A DNA stretch of 64,000 nucleotides from an uncultured bacterium (GCA_963798465.1 CAWCTC010000001.1:132315-196314); one strand, 5' to 3'. Positions 25,716-35,733 are shown, counted from the stretch's first letter. Numbers and translations are program-made. Notes: a model not told the origin generated them from the sequence alone.

Positions 25716-27245
25716 TTATCTCGCGTATTCAATAATCCTATTTTCTCTTATCAAAGTGACTTTTATTTCTCCTGGATATTTCAAATCGGATTCAATTTTG
25801 TCGGCTATATCGCGAGCCAGTTTTTTTGCATCAAGATCGGAAATCTGGTCTGGCGTGACGAAGACTCTGATTTCTCTTCCAGCTTGAAGTGCATATGATT
25901 TTTCAACCCCTGGGAATGAATTTGCCGTAGCTTCGAGTTCCTCAAGTCTTTTTATGTAATTTTCAATGCTGTCGCTTCTTGCACCTGGTCTTCCGCCGGA
26001 AATCGTGTCTGCAACTTGAACAATAATCGCTTCAACGCTTTCATAAGGATATTCTTCGTGGTGAGATTGCATCGCTTTTATTACAGCTTCGCTCACTCCG
26101 AATTTTTGCAAGATTCTTCTGCCGATTTCAACGTGAGTTCCTGCAACTTCATGGTCGAGTGCTTTACCGATATCGTGGACCAACGCGGCAGTTTTTGCTA
26201 TTTGAACATTTGCACCAAGTTCCTCAGCAATCATTCCTGCAAGCAATGACATTTCTATCGAATGTTGAAGAACATTTTGTCCGTAGCTTGTTCTAAAATG
26301 AAGTCTTCCAAGAATTGCAATGACTCTAGGATCCAAGCCGATAACTCCGCATTCATAAGCTGCCTGTTCTCCTTTTTCTTTTATTATTTTATTTATATCT
26401 AGCTGAGCTTTTTCAACAACTTTCTCTATTTTTGCCGGCTGGATTCTTCCATCGAGAAGCAAGTTTTCAAGAGCGACTCTGGCAACTTGTCTTCTGATCG
26501 GATCAAACGAAGAAATTGTAATAATGCCTGGCGTATCATCAACTATGACTTCAACTCCAGTGACTCTTTCAAAAGCTTTTATATTTTTTCCTTCCTTTCC
26601 TATAATTTTTCCTTTCATTTCATCTGAAGGAATGCTTAAAATAGTGGACATGATATCCGGAGCAACAGATGTTGAAAGCCTTTGAATTGAAGTTGCAAGA
26701 ATTTCTCTCGCTCTATTTTCAAATTTTTCTTCGCCATTTTCCTCGAGTTTTTTCATCCTGCTCATAATATCTACTTCATATTTTTTCTCCATTGAAGCAA
26801 GAACAGTGTTTATCGCTTCTTCTTCGGACATTTTTGCGATTGACAAAAGCTCGGCGTTTTTTTCCACCTCTATTTTATCGACTTTTTCTTTGACATCTTT
26901 TATTTCGACAAGCTTCTGTTTTATATTTCCTTCTTCCTTGTCTATATCAATTTGTCTCTGGTCCAAAAGACCTTCTTTTTTTATAAGACGATCTTCGGTA
27001 ACTCTAAATTTTTCTTCTTTTTCCTTGGCCTCTTTTTTCGCTTCGCTTATTATTTCCACAGATTTTGTTTCTGCTTCAATAATCACTTTCTTTGATTTTT
27101 CTTCAGCACTCAGCATCATCTGCCTGACTTGAAGTTCCAAAGAACCTTTTTGTCCCATAGATATGATGATTCTCAAGAAATATCCGAGCGCAATACCGAC
27201 AAGACCTGCGATGCTTGCGAACAGGACTATTATTCTTAATGACAT
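25716..27245 (-). CDS. rny: ribonuclease Y
   Basis: N-terminal TM segment, coiled coil, KH domain (GKIIGKEGKNIKAFE), and HD domain (ALVHDIGKA). 509 aa, intact. Confidence 0.9.
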   Translation of the reverse strand: MSLRIIVLFASIAGLVGIALGYFLRIIISMGQKGSLELQVRQMMLSAEEKSKKVIIEAETKSVEIISEAKKEAKEKEEKFRVTEDRLIKKEGLLDQRQIDIDKEEGNIKQKLVEIKDVKEKVDKIEVEKNAELLSIAKMSEEEAINTVLASMEKKYEVDIMSRMKKLEENGEEKFENRAREILATSIQRLSTSVAPDIMSTILSIPSDEMKGKIIGKEGKNIKAFERVTGVEVIVDDTPGIITISSFDPIRRQVARVALENLLLDGRIQPAKIEKVVEKAQLDINKIIKEKGEQAAYECGVIGLDPRVIAILGRLHFRTSYGQNVLQHSIEMSLLAGMIAEELGANVQIAKTAALVHDIGKALDHEVAGTHVEIGRRILQKFGVSEAVIKAMQSHHEEYPYESVEAIIVQVADTISGGRPGARSDSIENYIKRLEELEATANSFPGVEKSYALQAGREIRVFVTPDQISDLDAKKLARDIADKIESDLKYPGEIKVTLIRENRIIEYAR

Positions 27246-27553
27246 ATTATTGTGAAAAAGATCTCGTCTTTTTCTAGATTTCCAATATCTTTATGTAGTT
27301 TTCTACCGTCTTCACTGCGTTAACTTTCTCTATAATTCTTAAAAACATAATATTTTATTTAAAAATCTGAAAAAACTGAATCCTTTAAAATTAAATTACT
27401 AACATACTTATACTATAGTAATTTTCCTGTTTTGTCTATTAGTTTTATCCTATAAAATAGGGTTATTTTTAGCATCGAAAAACCAGGTATTGACATATTT
27501 TTTAAAAAGAAGTAGAATATTATGCATAGAAAAAGCGGTTAAATAACAAAATC

Positions 27554-28150
27554 ATGAATATGGAAGGCCGAACAATTTTGGAACAAGTAAAACACATCCT
27601 GAACCTAGACGGAGGTTTTTCAAACTGCAGAAGAGGAAAAGAATTTGAAGTAGCGATTGCATACTGATAATAGCTGAAGCATGAAGGCAATCGATGCCAT
27701 GAAATTTTTAAAAAGAGCAAAATTGGCGGATAGACTTTTAAATGCAATGAAAGAAGTTCAAATTGAATCGGAATCAGATGATTTAGAAAAATTAGAATCA
27801 AAATATTTTATGTGAAGTTTCGCTGAAACTGATGTTGAACAAGGAAAAGTTGGTAAAAAAAACCCAGAGGATAACTACAGGCACCGAAGATTTGCAAAAA
27901 GTTGTCAATGGAAAGGAAATAATTTTCAAGAAAAACCCTAACCCATAACTTATGCCGAGGCACATGCTGGACAGATGAAGATTGCTACATAGAGGAAAAT
28001 GGTTTGTATAAAATGATAAAGCGGAAGCTTTGAAGGAAAAATATGGTCAAGCTCGATGAAATTCGATTATCCGAAGTTTTTCACTTTGAGCGATGGAAAA
28101 ATAAAAATCAGATATAAAGAAGACGAGATGAATGCAAAACACTGATGTAA
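27554..28150 (+). pseudogene. unidentified gene(s) with coding-like segments in all three plus frames
   Basis: MNMEGRTILEQVKHILNLDGG... stops at TGATAATAG. Coding continues in other frames (SMKAIDAMKFLKRAKLADRLLNAMKEVQIESESDDLEKLESKYF, LVKKTQRITTGTEDLQKVVNGKEIIFKKNP, and others). Confidence 0.4.
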
Positions 28151-28163
28151 ATAAAACACAATA

Positions 28164-28195
28164 AAAAGCCGCGCCTGAAGGGCGCGGCTTTTTGT
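28164..28195. terminator. GC-rich stem-loop terminator
   Basis: AAAAAGCCGCGCC-TGAA-GGGCGCGGCTTTTT. Confidence 0.75.
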
Positions 28196-28248
28196 TTTAT
28201 ATTATTAGGTTATAATTTAATTATCTTATTAATTTAAAAATTAAAAAT

Positions 28249-28856
28249 ATGAAAATGATATGCATGGATTTGGAAAAGTGGCTATTTACCTGAATTTTGG
28301 GAGGAATTTGCCGCAGCGACTGGAATAAAAACAGCTTGCGCTGACCACAAGAGATGTTCCTGATTATGACAAGCTCATAGAAATGAGAATTGAAATTCTG
28401 AAAGAAAAAGGATATACGATTCAAAAAATGAAAAAGATTATTGCAAAAATGAAACCGTTCGACGGTGCGCCGGAATTTATAAAATGGATAGAGAAACCGG
28501 AAAAGCTCAGCCAATAATTTTCACGGGCAGTTTTTACGATTATATTATGCCGCTTATCAGCAAACTTGGATTTCCGCTGACTTTTGCAAATATCGCTTGA
28601 AATAGATAAAGAGGGAAATGTCGTCGGTTACAAACTTAGAGAAAAAGATGGAAAAATTGAAATGATAAATAGATTGCATGAAGCTGGATTTTCTACCATT
28701 GCGATAGGCGATAGTTTCAATGATTTGAAAATGTTGAAAGGCGCAAATAAAGGAATTCTTTTTAGACCATCACCAAAACTTTTAGAAACAGAAAAAGAAA
28801 TTGAAGTGGCAACTACTTATGAGGAGTTGAAAAAGATAATTGAGAAAATAATTTAG
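28249..28856 (+). pseudogene. HAD-family phosphoserine phosphatase / ThrH-like gene with at least 4 frameshifts
   Basis: Pieces colinear with ThrH-type proteins lie in different frames: MKMICMDLE, LPEFWEEFAAATGIK, TTRDVPDYDKLIEMRIEILKEKG, IIFTGSFYDYIMPLISKLGFP, and LEIDKEGNVVGYKLREKDGK...GDSFNDLKML. Confidence 0.7.
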
Positions 28857-28864
28857 AATAAAGA

Positions 28865-28897
28865 AAAAGAGCGGCGCCTACGGCGCCGCTCTTTTTT
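28865..28897. terminator. bidirectional GC-rich stem-loop terminator
   Basis: GAGCGGCGCC-TAC-GGCGCCGCTC core. Confidence 0.8.
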
Positions 28898-28905
28898 GAT
28901 TTTGC

Positions 28906-29476
28906 CTACAGTATTTTATCAACTATTCCGTATTTTTTAGCTTCTTCTGCTGACATGAAAAAATCTCTATCAGCATCTTTTTCTACTTTTTCCAAAGTTT
29001 GGCTCGTATTTTTTGAAAGCATTTTATTAAGTTTATCTTTAATTTTTAAGATATGTTTTGCATTGATTTCAATATCTGAAGCTTGTCCTTGTCCGCCACC
29101 ACTTGGTTGATGTATCATCACTTCTGCATTTGCCAAAGCAAATCTTTTTCCTTTTTCCCCGGCTGAAAGTATGACTGCTCCCATTGATGCTGCTTTTCCG
29201 ACGCAAACCGTGCAAACATCATTTTTAATATGATTCATTGTATCTATAATTGCCAGTGCATCCGTTACATTTCCTCCAGGAGAATTTATATAAAGTTTTA
29301 CATCTTTTTTTGGATCTTCTGACTGCAAGAAAAGAATTGTGCAATAACAATATTTGCTGTGTCATCATCTATCGGTCCGCCAAAAAAAATTATTCCTTCT
29401 TTAAAAGTCTTGAATAAATATCAAAAGCTCTTTCGCCAAATTGTGATTTTTCTATTACTGTTGGTATTAGGTTCAT
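28906..29476 (-). pseudogene. clpP: ATP-dependent Clp protease proteolytic subunit with 2 frameshifts near the 5' end
   Basis: [45 protein letters not shown], and [21 protein letters not shown]...GKAASMGA...MIHQP lie in three different frames. Confidence 0.8.
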
Positions 29477-29581
29477 ATGTTTTTTAAAAGTATAAAAAAT
29501 CTAGTTAAAAGACAAAATCTATAAAGTCAATGAAAAAGACAAATGCTCCGCACTTTATACTTTTGAATATATACTTAGTTT

Positions 29582-30278
29582 ATGCGATTTCACAGATTTT
29601 ATATAGATCAAACAAATAGTAAAAGAAATCCGCATAAATGATAAAAAGCTTTTGCATCAGTGGCTGAAAGTTTTCAGATTCAAAACGAGCGACAGAGTAA
29701 TTGTTTTCAATGGTGGAGATTCAGAATATGAAGGATATTTCAAAATTCTTTCAAAAGATGAAGCCGTGCTTGTCATAGACAAAGAAAGAAAAAGTGAAAA
29801 ACCTACGGATATTGAATTGCATCTTTTCCAGTCAATAATTAAAAAAGATAATTTTGAATTGATTGTAGAAAAATGCACGGAAATCGGCGCGTCGGCATTT
29901 CATCCGATAATTTCCGAAAGAAGCGAGAAAAAAGATTTGAATATTGAAAGATTGAATAAAATTGCGAAGGAAGCAGCGGAACAATCTGGCAAAACAAATT
30001 TACCGAAAATTTTCGAGCCAGAAGATTTGAAAAAGGCGATTTTTGATTTTGACGGAGAACTGTTTGTCCTAGATTTTGACGGTCAATTTTTCAGAAACAT
30101 TTTTTCTATCAGAAATACTGATAAAAAAATTGGAATTTTCATAGGTCCAGAAGGCGGATGGTCAGAAAAAGAAAGATTTTTATTTGATGAAGAAGGGAAT
30201 AAGAGGCGTTCTTTCGGTCCGCAAATACTTCGTGCCGAAACCGCGGTGATTGTCTGTAAGCGCTTTAATACTTTTTGA
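29582..30278 (+). pseudogene. rsmE: 16S rRNA (uracil1498-N3)-methyltransferase with a frameshift near codon 13
   Basis: MRFHRFYIDQTN sits in one frame. The rest (LHQWLKVFRFK...IFIGPEGGWSEKE...ILRAETA) sits in another. Confidence 0.75.
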
Positions 30279-30299
30279 AATAATTATTTTTATTCTTTT

Positions 30300-30640
30300 G
30301 AAGTTATCTTTAAACTCCGGATATCCTATTTTTATTGATAATTTTTAATGGCTAGGTTCGTTTTTGATTATACCCCCATCAATCCATTGTTTTATATAGT
30401 TTCGGAATCAATTTTTCTTTTTTCTATAAGGTCTAAAGCTTCATCACCAGTTTTTGCTCCATATTCATCACGTATATGGGCCGAAAATTATTATAGTGTT
30501 AGATAATATTTCACTGATTTTTTTTTGTCCTGAGGTTCATCATCTATAGTTCTTAATACATGATATTATAGCCATCATAGCTTTAATAAGGTCATTTTAT
30601 ATTCAAAGTCCCAATTCGTCTTTTATGTTTTTTCATTATG
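30300..30640 (-). pseudogene. short degraded coding remnants of unknown function
   Basis: Only short minus-strand fragments (for example IRDEYGAKTGDEALDLIEKRK and KQWIDGGIIKNEP) interrupted by stops in every frame. Confidence 0.3.
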
Positions 30641-30800
30641 TATCCTTATGAGTTCATTTACCGAGTAGCAGCATTTGAAGAATCTTCTATGGACCATTTG
30701 CCGAGTCAAAATAATTGGTTTTTCATAACCTTATATTATCAATTTTATTTGAAATTGAACAGGTTGGACTTTTACTCATTTAAAATATATCATTTAAACA

Positions 30801-31538
30801 ATGATTTATTTTTATTATGGAACAGACACAGAAAATGCGAGAAAAAAAGCGAAAATAACCGTCGATTCTTTGCTTGCCAAAAAACCGGATGCAACTTTGA
30901 TAAAAATCGGAGAGGAAGAATTGAAAAGCGGAAAATCATGAAGTTGCAAGCGGGCAGGCGCTTTTTTCCAGTAAATATATTGTCTTTTTTCATAATACAT
31001 TTGAAAACAAAGAAAACAAGGAGATAATTCTGAAAAGTATAAAGGAGATTGCTAACTCGGAAAATATTTTTATTTTTGCGGAAGGAAAAGTCAGAAAGCT
31101 GGACTTGCAAAAATTGAAGAATCCGCGGAAAAGGTCAAAAAATTTGTAAAAGCGGAAAAACCTATGGACAAAAAAGAAAAGCTCGCTTTGATCGGCGAAA
31201 AAGTAGATTTTTTCGAATTCGCCGACGCACTTGGCAAACGGGATAAAAGGGGTTTGTGGGTCTTTATCAGAATGCGCTGCAGAACAAGTTTCCGGCGGAA
31301 GAAGTAAATGGAATGTTTTCTGGCAAGTGAAAAGCATGTTGCTTGGGAAAAAATACAAAACTGCCATGAAGCCGGAATGAAATGTTATCCGTTTCAAAAA
31401 GCTCGCGAATATTCCAGAAATTATAAAGATGACGAACTCGAAAAACTTTCTTCGGAACTTGTCGGTATGTTCCACGAAGCGCACAGAGGAAATATTGATT
31501 TCCATGTTGCTCTGGAAAAATTTATTTTGAGTTTGTAA
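30801..31538 (+). pseudogene. holA: DNA polymerase III delta subunit with at least 4 frameshifts
   Basis: MIYFYYGTDTENARKKA..., ALFSSKYIVFFHNTFENKENKEIILKSIKEIANSENIFIFAEGKV, KAGLAKIEESAEKVKKF...FADALGKRDKRGLW, WQVKSMLL, and the C-terminal FHEAHRGNIDFHVALEKFILSL lie in alternating frames. Confidence 0.7.
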
Positions 31539-31568
31539 TCTAAAAATTATGTATTGAAAAAGGCGGTT

Positions 31569-31824
31569 TTAGACCGCCTTCGGTGATTTACACCCATTTT
31601 TCTTTAGCCATTTTAAAACTTTTTTGACATCTGTTGTTTTAAAATCCGCAAAATAAATGCGCGGGCTGTAATAACCGTGATAATACTCAATTCCTTTTTC
31701 CTCAAGAAATTTCTTAAATTCCTTGAGTTTGATAAATTCCGGGAATACATCATCATTAGCAATTCCATAGATAGTTATTCGTATTCTCGAAATTTTTTCT
31801 AAAGTGTATCGCGGTTGCACTCAT
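31569..31824 (-). pseudogene. hypothetical small protein, apparently frameshifted just after its start
   Basis: A strong SD (AAAGGAGGT) and the ATG at 31824 open a 22-codon frame. The 83-aa ORF 31569-31820 continues in another frame. Confidence 0.4.
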
Positions 31825-31928
31825 GAGTGTTACCTCCTTTTGGTGTGCAGATTTAAATTTCTAGTAGTATCTTCTCATAAATGTGGACATTTAGCAAATT
31901 TCTTGGTATATTTTCGTGGTTAATATAT

Positions 31929-32001
31929 GCGCTTATAGCTCAGTCGGTAGAGCAGCTCCCTTTTAAGGAGACGGTCGTTGGTTCGATTCCAACTAAGCGC
32001 A
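31929..32001 (+). tRNA. tRNA-Lys (anticodon TTT)
   Basis: Acceptor GCGCTTA/TAAGCGC, anticodon loop CTTTTAA, T-arm GTTGG-TTCGATT-CCAAC. Confidence 0.9.
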
Positions 32002-32205
32002 CAAATTTTTTATAAAAATTTGGGCAGCTTAAGGAAGCACCTGCGTGCTTTCGTGTTGGAATCGAAAGACTTTTCCTTATCGAATGAGCAAAGCGAAATG
32101 AGATGGAAAAGTACCTGGCTATGTAGTAGCCGATTCCAACTCAAGCGCACAACGCAAGCAATTAAAAATCGCCGGTTATCTATAAGGCGATTTTTTCTTG
32201 CGTTG
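32002..32205 (+). other. tRNA-like trailer module behind tRNA-Lys
   Basis: Hairpin at 32002-32022. GCAGCTTAAG resembles the acceptor 5' strand. GTTGGAATC (32055-32063) pairs with GATTCCAAC (32132-32140), enclosing GAAAGAC, the ACTTTTCC/GGAAAAGT hairpin and the GGCTA-TGTAG-TAGCC hairpin. The module ends TCAAGCGCA (32141-32149) and is followed by a hairpin at 32150-32205. Confidence 0.5.
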
Positions 32206-32350
32206 TGCGGACCGGACGAACGGAGTGAGGAGGTCGGGCTGTAACTTTGCTTTGAGTTCACGAAAAGCAAAAGTTATAGCCACAGTGAAATCAAAGTTTC
32301 AAATGAAGATAGTTTAAGAAGACTCTGATTGGAATGAACCAGTTTTTAGA

Positions 32351-32378
32351 TTGACAAATAACATTTATCGTGTATACT
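32351..32378 (+). promoter_or_regulatory. sigma70-type promoter (TTGACA, 16-nt spacer, TATACT)
   Basis: TTGACA at 32351-32356 and TATACT at 32373-32378. Confidence 0.55.
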
Positions 32379-32384
32379 ACAAGT

Positions 32385-32625
32385 GTAGATATTTAACACT
32401 AGTTAAACATCTACACCAACTGATCGTTAATCAGTGGTGTTCACGGGATATTAATCTTTTGATTAACTTCCCAATCTGTGCGATTTACGATACTTTGTAT
32501 CCAGACTTTAAACCATCGCACCCGTTCTTTCTTAATTATTTTTATAGATACAGATTCTATAAAGCAAATATTTTATTTGTACTCGTATATTGTGTTACAC
32601 TTACCTCGGTAAGTTGTTTTTTTAT
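32385..32625 (+). ncRNA. candidate structured small RNA of unknown class
   Basis: Lies between a consensus-like promoter and an intrinsic terminator (ACTTAC-CTCG-GTAAGT plus a T-run at 32599-32625). Contains several local helices: GTGTAGAT/ATCTACAC, CACCAACTGAT/ATCAGTGGTG, and GTGCGAT/ATCGCAC. The only overlapping ORF has a TTG start and an implausible composition. Confidence 0.4.
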
Positions 32626-32681
32626 TTTAAAATTTCCTCTGATTGCTAGAAGAAGTTAGAACCTATTTTGTATGATTAGTT

Positions 32682-33232
32682 TTAATTTGACTCTTCCACA
32701 AGTTTCTCAGCTTCTTTTAAAAGATTAAAAATTTGCAAATGTTCCATTAATTCTTTTGGAGTAAGAGGTCGGTGAAATCCATTTTTTGCATACCACCCAA
32801 CTTTTCCAGATTTATCTACAAATGATTCTGTTTTTCCAGAAAGATGTCTTCTTTAATGTACCTTCCTCATTATCCTCAGGTTTCGTTTTCTTTCCCACTA
32901 GGTCCACGACTTCCTCCAGAACACTTTTTTCTGATGTATTTTCCTCATCCTTTGTTACTAAAAATACTTCGACTTCTTTTCCCAACATATGATCATTGGT
33001 AGCTTTCGATTAAATCCTCCGAATGTTGTATATCTGGATAGAGTTTTGTAAGCATATCTTCAGTTAAGGTAAAACGAAAAACTTCCGCTTTCAAGTCATT
33101 ATTTTTGAGAAACAATAAAAGTGGTGCTGGTGTATCTGTATTCTCAGGCTTTGTCATAAACATAGAGACTTTTTGCGCCAATTCCTCAGGAGAGATTTCT
33201 CTTTCTTTTTTATTTGATAATGATTCTTTCAT
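32682..33232 (-). pseudogene. hypothetical protein gene with at least 2 frameshifts
   Basis: MKESLSNKKEREISPEELAQKV..., MLGKEVEVFLVTKDEENTSEKSVLEEVVDLVGKK..., and HLSGKTESFVDKSGKVGWYAKNGFHRPLTPKELMEHLQIF... lie in three frames. Confidence 0.45.
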
Positions 33233-33268
33233 ATTTATTAACTATAATGTAAAATTGTAGCATATAAT

Positions 33269-33857
33269 ATGGCCCAAGAAAACGAGACAAAAATACTTAA
33301 TATAGATTTCAAAAAGCTTGAAAGGAAACTTTCTAGATTGGTGCGGTAAAAGCTGGTGAAGTATTTTTCAGATCCATTAGTTTTGATTTTCCTGGTTTTC
33401 CTCTAGATAAGGATGCATCATGGATACATTCAGAGATGATGGTAAAAAAGTAACTTTAGCTTATAAAAAACGTCTTGGTGTTACGGGAGTAAAAGGTCAG
33501 AATGATAGCGGAATGGAGGAAATAGAAATAATCGTTAGTAGTTACGAGGATACAATTTCTCTTTTAAAAAAAATTGGCATGATAGAAAAGTTTTCTCAAG
33601 AGAAGAAACGTATAACTTGGAAAAAAGGAAGTGTAACATTTGATATTGATACGTGGCCACGCTTAAATACGTATTTAGAGATTGAGGGAGAAAACTGGAC
33701 GGATGTGGATGCTACAGTTCTAGAATTGGGATTTGATCTAAAAGATAAAGTGATATGTTCAGCCACACAGATTTATGAACTGAACGGAATTAACGATAAA
33801 GACTATATTATAATGAATTTTGATAAGTGGGTGAAAAGAGACGGAAGTATTTGTTAA
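33269..33857 (+). pseudogene. CYTH-domain (CyaB-like / triphosphatase) gene with 2 frameshifts near the 5' end
   Basis: MAQENETKILNIDFKKLERKL, AVKAGEVFFRSISFDFPGFPLDKDASWI, and RDDGKKVTLAYKKR...EIEI...FDIDTWP...YLEIEGE lie in different frames. Confidence 0.65.
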
Positions 33858-33962
33858 CTTTTCTCAAATATTAGCTTCTGCTCTGATTACTAGAAGTAAG
33901 TCGGAATATATTTTGCATATAAAAAACCCGCACTTTTCAGTACGGGCTTTTATTCATAGAAA

Positions 33963-34370
33963 TCATACTGTTAAAAGTATGGCAGCAAGACTTGCAAAAA
34001 CGAAACCAATTCCTTGTTTAAGAGTTATACCATTGTTGCACACCTGATAAACAGCAGAGATTACAAGGCATACAAGAATTTCAATAACAATAAGTAACCC
34101 GACATTTTTTACCGATGCCTCATGCAGCATTTTGTTAAAAAGCAAAGTACCTATTGCTCCACAAATTCCTGCTGTGATTACAAATGTCCAGTTTATTCCC
34201 GTTGGAATTTTTCCAAAACTGCTGATGTTGAAAGGAACAATACAAACAAACATTATGACTACAAATGCTAGTGAAGAAATATTTCCACTAAGCCCGCTTT
34301 TATTCATCAAAAGCGGCCAGATTCCCCAAAAAATTCCGACAAAAACAGAATTCATAATAAGCTTCTGCAT
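33963..34370 (-). CDS. small multi-pass membrane protein (EamA/DMT-like half transporter)
   Basis: 135 aa with 4 predicted TM helices. Confidence 0.5.
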   Translation of the reverse strand: MQKLIMNSVFVGIFWGIWPLLMNKSGLSGNISSLAFVVIMFVCIVPFNISSFGKIPTGINWTFVITAGICGAIGTLLFNKMLHEASVKNVGLLIVIEILVCLVISAVYQVCNNGITLKQGIGFVFASLAAILLTV

Positions 34371-34560
34371 ATTATTCTCCTTTTCAAATAAGATTTTACA
34401 TCTGTGAATAGATTATCAGAATATATAGTATTTGTCTATTATATAAATCAGCTTCTCATACATTTCTTCCATATAATAATTATCATTAAAAATAGTTAGA
34501 ATAATTTCTGGAAAAGGCACAAAAATAGGTTGAAATAAGAATGCTTTTGTTTTTTATATT

Positions 34561-35079
34561 TTGTATAATAATATCTATGAGAATTTTAATTATAAAATAT
34601 TTTTTGCTTCGATATTTGCCGTTCTTGTTCTTGTAATATTAAATGCAAGTTTTTTCCAGCATAAAGCCAAAGCAGATTCTTCGGATTATCAATATATAAA
34701 TATAACATCCAGTGATATTTCTCAGGCGGGATACAGCGGTGTCAGTCAGCAGTCGCCGGAAAATAATATGTATCAGTCGCCGAATCTTTATTTTTGGGTA
34801 AATAATTCTTCAGAATCAAATCCAATGTCCGGCAAGACTTTTGATTTGCTGATGGTTTCTCAATATACAAACGGCTTGGCATATAACAATGATTTATTCA
34901 GCTATGGCACGAGTACGCATTCCGTGGATATAAGCGGAGCAAAAGCTCAGGAAGATCAGCTTGATTACGGCAGAGTCGCATTAAACTTTTCCAAAGGAAA
35001 TTATTATTTTGTTATAATTGGTCCGAATGCGCAGAATGTTGAAGCTCTGGCAAAAAACATTGCTGGTAAGATTCAATAG
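34561..35079 (+). CDS. hypothetical secreted or anchored protein
   Basis: N-terminal hydrophobic segment (IFFASIFAVLVLVILNA). Intact 172-aa ORF with an uncertain start. Confidence 0.45.
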   Translation: MYNNIYENFNYKIFFASIFAVLVLVILNASFFQHKAKADSSDYQYINITSSDISQAGYSGVSQQSPENNMYQSPNLYFWVNNSSESNPMSGKTFDLLMVSQYTNGLAYNNDLFSYGTSTHSVDISGAKAQEDQLDYGRVALNFSKGNYYFVIIGPNAQNVEALAKNIAGKIQ

Positions 35080-35189
35080 CTTATTTTCTATTATTTTGAA
35101 GAGATTGAAATAAATTTGACAAAATATTTTTTTGTCGTAAAGTATCTGTCAGACAAGTTATAAAATTTATCCTTTAGAGGAGGAATAAA

Positions 35190-35543
35190 ATGGAAGTAAA
35201 CGTCGTTGGTATGAATAATGAGAAGGGAAAAGTTATTGCATTAAAGGAATGCACAGAAAGTATTTCCGGTGATAAGTGGTTTTCTTTTCTGGAAGATGTG
35301 GAATCTTTTTTAAACAAGGAAAAAATTCCGTTCAAACTTGGCAGAGGGAGCTCTAACCTAATGAGGGAAGCCAACTTTATTATGAAAAGTAATAAACGCG
35401 CTAAAGGTAGCAGAAATATCTTTGCTAAGTTTTTAAATCTTCATAAAAGCATAGAAAAGGCGGAGCGGAAAAGCTCGCCTTTGTTTTTTAATTTTTGGAA
35501 AAGAAAAAAGGAGAATGAATGTTTTAACATCCAGCCTCCTTAA
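35190..35543 (+). CDS. hypothetical protein
   Basis: Strong SD (GAGGAGGA) before the ATG. A terminator-like hairpin inside the 3' third makes the true end uncertain. Confidence 0.35.
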   Translation: MEVNVVGMNNEKGKVIALKECTESISGDKWFSFLEDVESFLNKEKIPFKLGRGSSNLMREANFIMKSNKRAKGSRNIFAKFLNLHKSIEKAERKSSPLFFNFWKRKKENECFNIQPP

Positions 35544-35700
35544 TAATTTTACTCCGGCGAACAATTTTGGCTCGCTGTCTATGTTTAGTACGACAGTTCA
35601 GTATATGCTCGCCGTTAATCTTAACAATGGTATACATGTGATAATCTTCGATCGGATCATAAACTGATCCGCAAGCCATCACCATCATACCCATCGTCAT
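35524..35700 (-). CDS. hypothetical 58-aa protein (below the ORF-track size cutoff)
   Basis: MTMGMMVMACGSVYDPIEDYHMYTIVKINGEHILNCRTKHRQRAKIVRRSKIIKEAGC. In the same frame as the upstream ORF, separated by a TGA. Confidence 0.3.
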   Translation of the reverse strand: MTMGMMVMACGSVYDPIEDYHMYTIVKINGEHILNCRTKHRQRAKIVRRSKIIKEAGC

Positions 35701-35733
35701 TCCATGTATTCTTATCTGATGCCTGCCATTGTT

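Noticed and set aside
27650-27665. Tandem TGA-TAA-TAG triple stop as a designed or engineered signal
   Set aside because: It lies inside a region already riddled with frame disruptions, and coding-like sequence continues in another frame. It is most simply a consequence of the frameshifts.
32385-32625. Assignment of the candidate sRNA to RNase P RNA, tmRNA, SRP RNA or 6S RNA
   Set aside because: None of the signature motifs I know are visible: GAGGAAAGUCC for RNase P, a tRNA-Ala-like end plus tag ORF for tmRNA, or the SRP domain IV GGAA/AGCA loops. The candidate is left unclassified.
27300-33460. Alternative genetic code (UGA or UAG reassignment, as in some candidate phyla or recoded phages) as the explanation for the interrupted genes
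   Set aside because: The interruptions require changes of reading frame, not read-through of in-frame stops. Intact genes in the same window terminate with TGA (for example ksgA), TAA and TAG. The tRNA-Gly genes have anticodons GCC and TCC, not TCA.
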